DNA of 42,349 nucleotides from a virus: UHGV virus genome UHGV-1359500; one strand, 5' to 3'. Shown piece by piece: positions 34,744 to 42,349 of this stretch (position 1 is its first letter; each line of letters starts with the position of its first letter). The notes under the pieces were generated by a model. It saw only the letters and a program-made list of their open reading frames with translations, ran no database searches and was not told where the DNA came from. The position numbers and the translations under genes were made by a program.

Positions 34744-35727
34744 ATGCAGTTATGTGTTGAAAATAATAAGAATATATGGGAAATCTCGGATATGTGCCAG
34801 GATATCAGCTGGAAGGATGAATTAAATAATGGCGCTTCTGCCTTAGAATTTTCTTATCTGTATGATGGGGAACTGATGATCCAGAATGGTGACGTAGTAC
34901 GTCTTACCAATACTAGTGATACAGACGGCATTTTCTTCGGAACGGTGTTTAAGGTCAGTATGAGTGAGGACCGAAAAGTGAAAGTAAAAGCCTATGATCA
35001 GCTGAGATATGGAAAAGCAAAGGACATTATTCCTTTAAAAGGCGGACAGGATGATATCAGTACGGTCACACAGAGCATGTGCAAATATCTAAACCTGATC
35101 CCTGGAACCATGCCAACAGTGGCATATAAGGTGCCAAGCGATAAAGTGAAATATCAGGATACCTGGCTGGATGTGATCTATAGCCTGATCAGCGATACCC
35201 TGGTCAATACCAAAACAGAAGCAAAGCCGGAAGGTGAATGGTATCGACTGGCGGACGTGTATGGGAAAGTGCAACTTGACAGTCTTGTAGATTTGCAGCT
35301 GCCGTTAGTCCTTGGCGTGGACTCACTGGCCTATGGTTACAGCTGGGAGAAGAGTATAGATGATGAGTTTTATAACATCGTAAAAATCTCCTGGATGGAC
35401 GAAAGCAGCGGAAGGGCTCAGACCACACAGGCATCCGATCAGGAGTCTGTAAACCGATATGGTAATCTTTTGTATTACAAACATGAAACCGATAAAAGCA
35501 CTGATGTGGCAAAGCTACAGGAAAAAGCGAAATTGCTTTTAAAATTATATAACCATGAAGCAGAAACCATAAAGCTGTCCTGCCTGGGTGATCATTCTGT
35601 CAGGGCGGGATGTAGCATTTTTGGAAGTGTGGAAGATATTGGATTAAACCGCAGGGTAATCGTTAAATCGGTTACCCATAAATATCTGCCGGTACACACG
35701 ATGGAAGTGGAGGTGATCGCAAATTGA
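34744..35727 (+). CDS. XkdQ-like tail/baseplate protein
   Basis: Synteny and size. Confidence 0.6.
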   Translation: MQLCVENNKNIWEISDMCQDISWKDELNNGASALEFSYLYDGELMIQNGDVVRLTNTSDTDGIFFGTVFKVSMSEDRKVKVKAYDQLRYGKAKDIIPLKGGQDDISTVTQSMCKYLNLIPGTMPTVAYKVPSDKVKYQDTWLDVIYSLISDTLVNTKTEAKPEGEWYRLADVYGKVQLDSLVDLQLPLVLGVDSLAYGYSWEKSIDDEFYNIVKISWMDESSGRAQTTQASDQESVNRYGNLLYYKHETDKSTDVAKLQEKAKLLLKLYNHEAETIKLSCLGDHSVRAGCSIFGSVEDIGLNRRVIVKSVTHKYLPVHTMEVEVIAN

Positions 35728-35999
35728 TCAATGAAAAAATAAAACAGATCGTAGAAGGCTTTTTAAACTCTGTCAAACTTCCGGCTATTTTGATCGGTAC
35801 CTATAATGGAACGGGTGTACAGATAGATGAACGGTTTATGATCCCTTCTGCGCAGCTATCAGGAAATATGAAAGCACTGCTGAAAACCGGGGATAAGGTT
35901 CGTGTATTTGCACCGACGGGGTGGGATGAATTTTATATCCTTGAAATAATAGGAAAGCCCTATACAGTATCTGGAGGTTCAGAATGGCAGAAGAACTAA
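35724..35999 (+). CDS. XkdR-like (DUF2577) protein
   Basis: Synteny; TTG start with GGAGGTGA upstream. Confidence 0.5.
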   Translation: MINEKIKQIVEGFLNSVKLPAILIGTYNGTGVQIDERFMIPSAQLSGNMKALLKTGDKVRVFAPTGWDEFYILEIIGKPYTVSGGSEWQKN

Positions 36000-36379
36000 G
36001 ATTACAGACAGATACTCGTATAACGAAAGAAACCTTTTCAAATAGATCGTATAACGTCACAGAGACTGCGATCAGAGGCTATGTAAATGAACTTGCGGCA
36101 TTATCCCAGGCAATACAAAAGCGGCTGTCTACGCAGCAATTTGAATATCCTATTTACACGTTTAATTATGGAGTGGACTGGAAAGATCTGATCGGACAGG
36201 ATCCGGAGTACATACGCGCAGAAATGAAGCGCATGATCCAGGAAACCCTGGAAAAAGATGATCGGATCAAATCAGTAGAGAATTTTAAGTTTGAATTTTC
36301 CGGGACTATCTGCAGATGTTCATTTGATGTGATCAGTATTTTTGGAAAGACAAGAGAGGTGGTGAAAGCGGATGTATGA
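35984..36379 (+). CDS. XkdS-like (gp25/baseplate wedge-like, DUF2634)
   Basis: Synteny and size. Confidence 0.55.
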   Translation: MAEELRLQTDTRITKETFSNRSYNVTETAIRGYVNELAALSQAIQKRLSTQQFEYPIYTFNYGVDWKDLIGQDPEYIRAEMKRMIQETLEKDDRIKSVENFKFEFSGTICRCSFDVISIFGKTREVVKADV

Positions 36380-37406
36380 AGATATGACCTATGAAAATAT
36401 CTTACAGGGAATGCTTAACCGGGTTCCAGATGATATCGACAAACGGGAGGGAAGTGTGATATACGATGCCCTTGCTCCGGCTGCGTATTTTCTGGCAGAT
36501 CAGTACTTTCAATTGGGAAATTTTGTAGATCTGGTGCTTCCGGATACAGCACTTGGTGAATATCTGGACCGTACAGTGTCAGCGTATGGAATTGCCAGGA
36601 AAACGGCAACAGCTGCAGTCAGAAAAATGATCACATCCGGAGCTGTTGAGATTGGGACACGTTGGGGGATAAGTAGCCTGGTTTATATAGTAAATAAAGC
36701 TTTAACAGAAACAGAATATGCAGTTATCTGTGAAACAAATGGAGCAATTGGAAACCAGTATTCCGGTGAGATGCAGGCATTATCTGCAGTATCTGGTATA
36801 ACGGCAACACTGGGAGATATTATAACTGCCGGCACAGATGAGGAAAACGATGATGCAATGAGGGCAAGATTTTATGAAAAAGTACGTCTACCTGCAACAT
36901 CAGGAAATGCGTATCACTATCAGCAATGGGCATTGGAAGTACCGGGAGTGGGAGCTGCAAAAGTAATACCATTGGGTGATGGTCCTGGAACAGTAACGAT
37001 TTTAGTTGTAGATAGTGATAAAGCAGTGTCACCAACATTACCAGGGAAAGTTGCGGAATATATCGAAACAGTACGGCCAATCGGTGCAACCGTATCGGTA
37101 TTTAGTCCGGACGTATTGGAAATTAATATTGCAGCAAATGTACAGCTGGATGGGAGTGAAAGCTTGGAAGAAGTAAAGCAGGTCTTTAAAACAGAACTTA
37201 CGGACTTCTTGAAAAATTTAACATTTTCCGGCAAACGTGTAAGCTACGCAAAGATCGGTAACGTGTTACTGGACGTTCCTGGCGTAAGTGATTTTGATAC
37301 GTTCACAATAAATGGTGTTATAGGAAATATAGCTGTGGGAGATCGTCAGGTTCCGGTTGTTGGAACTATTTCTCTAACGGAGGTGAGCTTAAGTGGAACT
37401 GATTAA
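36372..37406 (+). CDS. Baseplate J-like protein (XkdT-like)
   Basis: Size and position; Baseplate_J-like middle region. Confidence 0.7.
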   Translation: MYEDMTYENILQGMLNRVPDDIDKREGSVIYDALAPAAYFLADQYFQLGNFVDLVLPDTALGEYLDRTVSAYGIARKTATAAVRKMITSGAVEIGTRWGISSLVYIVNKALTETEYAVICETNGAIGNQYSGEMQALSAVSGITATLGDIITAGTDEENDDAMRARFYEKVRLPATSGNAYHYQQWALEVPGVGAAKVIPLGDGPGTVTILVVDSDKAVSPTLPGKVAEYIETVRPIGATVSVFSPDVLEINIAANVQLDGSESLEEVKQVFKTELTDFLKNLTFSGKRVSYAKIGNVLLDVPGVSDFDTFTINGVIGNIAVGDRQVPVVGTISLTEVSLSGTD

Positions 37407-37926
37407 GCTGCTCCCGGAATATTACGATGAGAATGTTACGATGCAGACATTGCAATCTATTTTATCTAAAGAAACAGACGATCTGGAAACAGGATTAAGC
37501 GATACGATATCTGAATGCTTTGCTTCAACGGCATCCGTGTTATTGTCCAGGTATGAAAATTTACTCGGTTTGACAATTGATGTTACAAAAGAAAATGATT
37601 ACAGACGAGAAAGAATCTGTGCAAAGCTTGCTGGAACGGGAACCACAACGAAGGAAATGATCGAAAGTGTTTCAAAAAGTTATTCAAACGGCGAGGTGGA
37701 GGTAATAGAGGATAATGCAAATAGTCGATTTGTGATCCGATTTGTTGGTACGCTCGGTATTCCTGGAAACATGGCAGATTTAAAGCTTACCATTGAGGAA
37801 ATCAAACCGGCGCATCTGGCAGTCGAATATGAATATATCTACAATACATGGTCTGATATCAGCGCATTGACCTGGCAGCAGGCGACTTCCTATACCTGGG
37901 AGAAAATAAGGACGGTGAGATTATGA
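37393..37926 (+). CDS. XkdU-like (DUF2313/YmfQ-like) tail protein
   Basis: Synteny; GTG start with GGAGGTGA upstream. Confidence 0.55.
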   Translation: MELIKLLPEYYDENVTMQTLQSILSKETDDLETGLSDTISECFASTASVLLSRYENLLGLTIDVTKENDYRRERICAKLAGTGTTTKEMIESVSKSYSNGEVEVIEDNANSRFVIRFVGTLGIPGNMADLKLTIEEIKPAHLAVEYEYIYNTWSDISALTWQQATSYTWEKIRTVRL

Positions 37927-38501
37927 AAGAGACTGCAAATTATAAACTGAAAAAGCCGGAAAAGAATGAATATATAAACATTGATGACTTTAATAGCAAT
38001 ATGGATATACTGGATCGGACTGTTAAATCTGTAGAAAATCAGAGTATTGCCATAAGCAGACGGCTAAGTAATGTTACATGGGTCACACTTACTGCAAGTG
38101 GCTGGACTGGCAATCAGGTACCATATGTTCAGACGATAGTAGTTGATGAAGTTACAGAAGATGATAACCCGCTTTTGGTGAGTGGTTTAGCTGATGGTGC
38201 GTCAAAAGAGGAACATGATGCATATGATAAGGCATTTGGGATCATCGCTTCCGGAACGGGAATTTCCAATGATGGCAGTATAACGTTTAAAGTCTACAAG
38301 AAGCCGATTACAGATATTGTAGTGGGATTGATGGGCATAGGAGCAGTTGTCAGTTCAGCTTACGGAGCGAGTGTGACAAACATGGTTTACAGCAGTGCTG
38401 CGCCACAGACCGGAGAAAACTGGGCGAGGATCATATCGGGACGCCTGGACGTAGACCCACAAGATGAAACGCCGGATACAACGTATTTGGCAAAATTTTA
38501 G
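37923..38501 (+). CDS. Tail fibre N-terminal/anchor-like protein
   Basis: Gly-rich 192-aa protein upstream of the spike. Confidence 0.45.
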   Translation: MKETANYKLKKPEKNEYINIDDFNSNMDILDRTVKSVENQSIAISRRLSNVTWVTLTASGWTGNQVPYVQTIVVDEVTEDDNPLLVSGLADGASKEEHDAYDKAFGIIASGTGISNDGSITFKVYKKPITDIVVGLMGIGAVVSSAYGASVTNMVYSSAAPQTGENWARIISGRLDVDPQDETPDTTYLAKF

Positions 38502-38511
38502 GAGGCGAAGT

Positions 38512-40194
38512 ATGGCCGAAGAAAGAGCATATTTGTATCGAAATGCAGGTACAAAAGCAAGTCCAGTATGGGAAAGATGGTATCCGCGAACAATGGTGGA
38601 TGCCGTTGAGATGGGAGATGAGGATGGTACAACACTGGCAGAGTATTTGAAAAACATTGGAACGGGTTTTTCGGATATTTATGTAACACCAGAACAGTTT
38701 GGGGCAAAGGGAAATGGAATTGATGATGACAGTCCGGCTCTTTTAAAGGCACTGGAAACAGGCAGACCTGTGATGCTAAAACAGGATCTCTATTTGAAAT
38801 CAAGGATCCTGGTCATAGACAAGAATGTTTTTTTAGATGGCTGCGGCTATACGCTTCATTGTGATGGAGGAGCATTGGATTTTAAGGATAACAGTGATTT
38901 TTTTGCTGTTTATGCCAGTACGCTTCCGGAAGGAAAAGACGGAGACTGCAGTATCATCAGTGAAACGAATACATTTTATGACACCTATCACAGAGGATAT
39001 GTTTCTTATCATGGCAGGAAACCAATCCCACAGGAAGAAACATATACAGATTATACGGAGTCCAAATTCAATGAGTATCGTGCTGTTTTAAAAAATATCA
39101 AATTCCAGTGCCAGAATTTTAAAGGTCTGGTTGCGCTGAATTTAAGAAAGATGTGTCACAGCTGCATACAGAATGTATCAACTGTCTGCACCGACACCGA
39201 AGGAACTGGATCCGTTGGAATTCTGGTGGACAGTTGCTGCTATTGTACGATCTGCGACTGCTATTCTTCCGGCTGGACAGATGATCTTTCCTGTGATGTG
39301 ACTAATCGAGGTTATGGGATCTGTGCAAATGGAAACGGTATTGTGATCGATGGATGTGAGGCATGGAACTGTAAGCATACAGTTTCTGTAGCAGGAAATC
39401 GTTCTTACTGGTCTACAGATATTAAAGTCCAGAACTGTATATTTGGATTGGAATATAAAGAAGCAACACGGATCGATGGATCTCAGCGTTATCAACAGGT
39501 CATGGATAGTCATGCTGCTGGACTGGGAGTGAATTTTGAAAACTGTACAATCCGTATCCTTGGTTCAAATGAGTCGGGAAGTCCGACCGCGTTTTTGATT
39601 TCGGCACCAGATGTACGGATTTCAAATTTACTGGTCCAGTGTGATGGAGGCGGATGCTGGGGCAATGCATTTGGACTGGCAGAACGTGTATACCTTGATC
39701 AGGTAAGGGGAAAAAATCTGGTCCTACAGCCAAATTCCGGATATGAAAATCTGAAAGAAGCTTATATATCCGGATGTGTGTTCAGGAGGGTACAAAATGC
39801 GTATAACCATCCGCTTAAGCTTTATATGACGGATACGATCGTTTTAGAACTGATCGATGGAGTACAGTGGCTGCGGGCAGATAACTGCAAACTTTATCAT
39901 CAGCTTTCCTGGCCTTCCAAAGCATGTATAACCGTACTGGAGTCTGGTATTTTTACGAACTGTGTGATATATGGGCATGATGAAGAAACTATACCGCCTG
40001 CACGTTCCATTATCCAGGCGCCGGCAAACAGTATAAAAATGAAAGGTTGCATGATCTATATCCGAAATGGCAAATTTCGGATCTGTGACACAGAGCAGAA
40101 AGATGCAGTAGACTCTGATAACTGGATCGAGAATATATTTGGCTTTCATCTGGATACAGAAAATGCGATCCTGGATAAGAATGAACTTTTTTAA
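38512..40194 (+). CDS. Tail spike/fibre with pectate-lyase-superfamily right-handed beta-helix (putative depolymerase), Cys-rich
   Basis: N-terminal hallmark VTPEQFGAKGNGIDDDSPALLKAL (Pectate_lyase_3-like). ATG 38512 with GGAGG upstream. Confidence 0.75.
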   Translation: MAEERAYLYRNAGTKASPVWERWYPRTMVDAVEMGDEDGTTLAEYLKNIGTGFSDIYVTPEQFGAKGNGIDDDSPALLKALETGRPVMLKQDLYLKSRILVIDKNVFLDGCGYTLHCDGGALDFKDNSDFFAVYASTLPEGKDGDCSIISETNTFYDTYHRGYVSYHGRKPIPQEETYTDYTESKFNEYRAVLKNIKFQCQNFKGLVALNLRKMCHSCIQNVSTVCTDTEGTGSVGILVDSCCYCTICDCYSSGWTDDLSCDVTNRGYGICANGNGIVIDGCEAWNCKHTVSVAGNRSYWSTDIKVQNCIFGLEYKEATRIDGSQRYQQVMDSHAAGLGVNFENCTIRILGSNESGSPTAFLISAPDVRISNLLVQCDGGGCWGNAFGLAERVYLDQVRGKNLVLQPNSGYENLKEAYISGCVFRRVQNAYNHPLKLYMTDTIVLELIDGVQWLRADNCKLYHQLSWPSKACITVLESGIFTNCVIYGHDEETIPPARSIIQAPANSIKMKGCMIYIRNGKFRICDTEQKDAVDSDNWIENIFGFHLDTENAILDKNELF

Positions 40195-40206
40195 AAGGAG
40201 AGACCT

Positions 40207-41148
40207 ATGGGATATAAAACACATAACTTTTTAGCAGGAGCAAAATTGTCTGCGCAGTCTTTAAATGAAATGGACGAGCAGATCAAAGAAAATACGGATG
40301 GTGTTGCTCTTTTTACTATGGAAACGATTGTAGAACAGATAAAGAAGCTGTCACTAACGACAGACGGTGAATATATTTATCTGTATTTTGACAGTACTCT
40401 TATCAATGAGGTTCCTGTTTCAGATGCATCTGCAATTATTCCATGTGAAGGAATGACGGTTACTCCGAATGATAGTACATTCAGTGTACAGGCAGGGGAA
40501 GCCAGCGTAACGATCCAGGTGCAGATTGCTCCAACAGATTGTAACCAGTCTGTCAGGTTCCGTTCATCCGATATTAATGTGGTGAATGTATCATCAACAG
40601 GGGTCGTTTCCGGAAAAGCACGGGGAAAAGCGGTTATTACTGTTATATGCGGAAAATATAAAAAGGAATTTCAGGTTACGGTATGGGAAAAATTTTTACC
40701 AGATTGGGTTGCAGGAGAATATGTCAATGCTCCGTACACAAATTCGGGGAAAACAGGCTTGTCAGTAGATAAAAACACTTCCGGAAAGCGAGCATTGTCA
40801 TACCCATATACAGACCAGAAAGGGATCAAGCTGACAGCAGGAGAAACGCTGACGGTATCCTGTGATGATACATATGAAGTCCAGAATTACTATGTGATCA
40901 TTCCGGGGGATGCAGAACTTCAGTATACAACTGTTATGCACAACGGAAATCCGTGGGTGGTAGTAGATCCGGATGCAGGTGGATCCACCTCAACAGAAAC
41001 TCCGTCTGATAAGGCAAATCTTTCCTATACAGCGGAAAAGAATTGCTATATCGCATTGATGATCCGCCGGAAAGCCAATAATGATGATTTTGACAGTGAA
41101 GAGTTAAGTGCTTTAAGCAGTCATGTTGTATGCAAAATAAATCCGTAG
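40207..41148 (+). CDS. Big_2 (bacterial Ig-like) domain protein, tail-associated
   Basis: SVRFRSSDINVVNVSSTGVVSGKARGKAVITV is a classic Big_2 motif. Confidence 0.65.
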   Translation: MGYKTHNFLAGAKLSAQSLNEMDEQIKENTDGVALFTMETIVEQIKKLSLTTDGEYIYLYFDSTLINEVPVSDASAIIPCEGMTVTPNDSTFSVQAGEASVTIQVQIAPTDCNQSVRFRSSDINVVNVSSTGVVSGKARGKAVITVICGKYKKEFQVTVWEKFLPDWVAGEYVNAPYTNSGKTGLSVDKNTSGKRALSYPYTDQKGIKLTAGETLTVSCDDTYEVQNYYVIIPGDAELQYTTVMHNGNPWVVVDPDAGGSTSTETPSDKANLSYTAEKNCYIALMIRRKANNDDFDSEELSALSSHVVCKINP

Positions 41149-41174
41149 TAAATGATGAAAGAAGATGAAGATAA

Positions 41175-41975
41175 ATGGGAAGAGTTTTAATGTCAGGCGG
41201 GCGAAGAACTGCCGGATCAGATGAGTGTACTGCAGCTAAAGGAGATATTTTAAAAGGAAAAACCGCAATTTCCAGTGACTCCGATGATGAGGTTGTGGAA
41301 GGAACACTGGAATTGACCGGGAATGCCACAAAAGATCATGTACTGGCTGATAAGACTTTTTACAGCACGGATGCAAAAATGAAAGAAACTGGAGGGATAC
41401 AGTCAATGGCCGGAGGGAAAAAAACTCCGACCACATCAGAGCAGACAGTCAGTTGTGCCAAGAAGTATATGACTAGTGATATTGTAATTCCTGCGTTTTC
41501 TATGCCAAGTGCAAATGTTATCAAAAAAGGAACAACCGTAAAGATTTATGATAAGTCTGTTGTTGGAACATGGGAGGGATACCCTGCTGAAACTCTTGTA
41601 TTTTGGGATTCGGGGAAAGGCGGAAATGTTGGAAAATTGGTTGGAACTGGATCATTAGGATTTGGAGATTTAGGACAGATATGGTCCGGAGTAGGTGATA
41701 GTAATTATCTTACAACTCCTTCTGCGGTTAATTTGCGGAAATACAATAAACTTACTGTAAGCATTAACAAGACCGCAGGTCGTGATTATGGAGGCGTTTC
41801 TATAGTTGCTTTGTATTCCAACGGAGGAAGCAGAACTCTAGCGACCTGGCGTACAGATTCAGCAAGCGGTCAATCATTTACTCTTGAGTATGATGCATCT
41901 TTAATGGCTAGTTTAAGATTAAAATTTAACTATGAAGGAACAGGACTGTGGTATTGGGCACTGCAAAATTCATAA
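41175..41975 (+). CDS. Hypothetical tail-associated protein
   Basis: ORF only. Confidence 0.45.
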   Translation: MGRVLMSGGRRTAGSDECTAAKGDILKGKTAISSDSDDEVVEGTLELTGNATKDHVLADKTFYSTDAKMKETGGIQSMAGGKKTPTTSEQTVSCAKKYMTSDIVIPAFSMPSANVIKKGTTVKIYDKSVVGTWEGYPAETLVFWDSGKGGNVGKLVGTGSLGFGDLGQIWSGVGDSNYLTTPSAVNLRKYNKLTVSINKTAGRDYGGVSIVALYSNGGSRTLATWRTDSASGQSFTLEYDASLMASLRLKFNYEGTGLWYWALQNS

Positions 41976-42032
41976 GTGATAGACAGTTCCAAAGGGAGAT
42001 TCTGTTTTTAATATTTAAAAGGAGGTTGAGAA

Positions 42033-42143
42033 ATGATGATTGTTGTAGTTTTTGAAAAGAAACACAATGTACTGACAACGATATCATGCAAAGAACAGGC
42101 TAAAAGTACAATGTGCATGATTGATGAAAGAAGGTGGAAATAA
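42033..42143 (+). CDS. Small protein (36 aa) upstream of the holin (XkdX-like position)
   Basis: Very strong RBS AAAAGGAGG. Confidence 0.4.
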   Translation: MMIVVVFEKKHNVLTTISCKEQAKSTMCMIDERRWK

Positions 42144-42145
42144 AG

Positions 42146-42349
42146 ATGAATAGGAGCACATGTATGAGTATTCAGGTTTGTGCAACTGGACTGGTTGCAT
42201 ATTTAAGTCAGAAATTAGGAGTTACTTTTTATCTTTTGGGTGTTCTGCTCTGCCTGATGGTGATTGATTACCTTTCAGGTATGGCAGCAAGCGCAGTGGA
42301 GGCTTTAGATCATCCAGATGATAAGTCTTATGGCTGGAGCAGCAGAAAA
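42146..42349 (+). CDS. Holin, 5' portion (phage_holin_4_1 family); runs off the window end and continues in-frame with 1-285
   Basis: ATG 42146. TM segments ...LLGVLLCLMVIDYLSGMAAS. Exactly 68 codons to the window end. Confidence 0.75.
   Translation, partial: MNRSTCMSIQVCATGLVAYLSQKLGVTFYLLGVLLCLMVIDYLSGMAASAVEALDHPDDKSYGWSSRK

Noticed and set aside
1-42349. CRISPR arrays
   Set aside because: No regularly spaced short direct repeats with unique spacers. The repeats present (24-bp, 30-bp, iterons, palindromes) are singletons or pairs.

Overview
The window reads as one essentially complete, circularly permuted genome of a temperate, contractile-tailed (PBSX-like tail module) phage or prophage of a low-GC Firmicutes/Clostridia-type host. 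No obvious host housekeeping genes are present.

Gene order, left to right:
- Lysis: holin 3' part, 90-aa ORF, M15-peptidase endolysin with choline-binding-like repeats.
- Attachment region: two identical 24-bp direct repeats and a long hairpin, then a tyrosine integrase (minus strand).
- Lysogeny: Uma2-family endonuclease moron, LexA-like S24 cI repressor (minus strand), Cro (plus strand) with a clear sigma-70 promoter and palindromic operator.
- Cargo island: about 3.2 kb, mostly antisense, holding uncharacterised membrane, Cys-rich and zinc-ribbon proteins.
- Early genes: Xis-like HTH protein, small early proteins, and a YqaJ exonuclease / DUF1351 / RecT recombination module.
- Replication: Hjc-like resolvase, a DUF4373 replisome organiser with iterons inside its coding sequence, and a ParB-HTH-like 437-aa protein.
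- Late control: ArpU-family late regulator, a phage-encoded tRNA-Lys(UUU), and a 161-aa moron.
- Packaging and head: TerS, TerL (PBSX type), SPP1-type portal, and a MuF/gp7 head protein fused to a C-terminal HExxH domain with a translationally coupled candidate immunity ORF.
- Head-module moron cluster: lipoprotein plus a 583-aa receptor-binding-protein-like protein.
- Head completion: scaffold, major capsid, connector proteins.
- Tail: sheath, tube, a tail assembly chaperone with a canonical -1 frameshift site, tape measure, XkdP-U-like baseplate genes, a pectate-lyase-fold tail spike, and a Big_2 protein.
- Right end: a small ORF and the 5' part of a holin. This joins in-frame to the holin fragment at the left end.

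Two further features stand out. A 14-16 bp palindrome, TTGCGAC(G/A)TCGCAA, recurs four times at regulatory positions. All functional calls are from motif and synteny recognition by eye; no database search was run.
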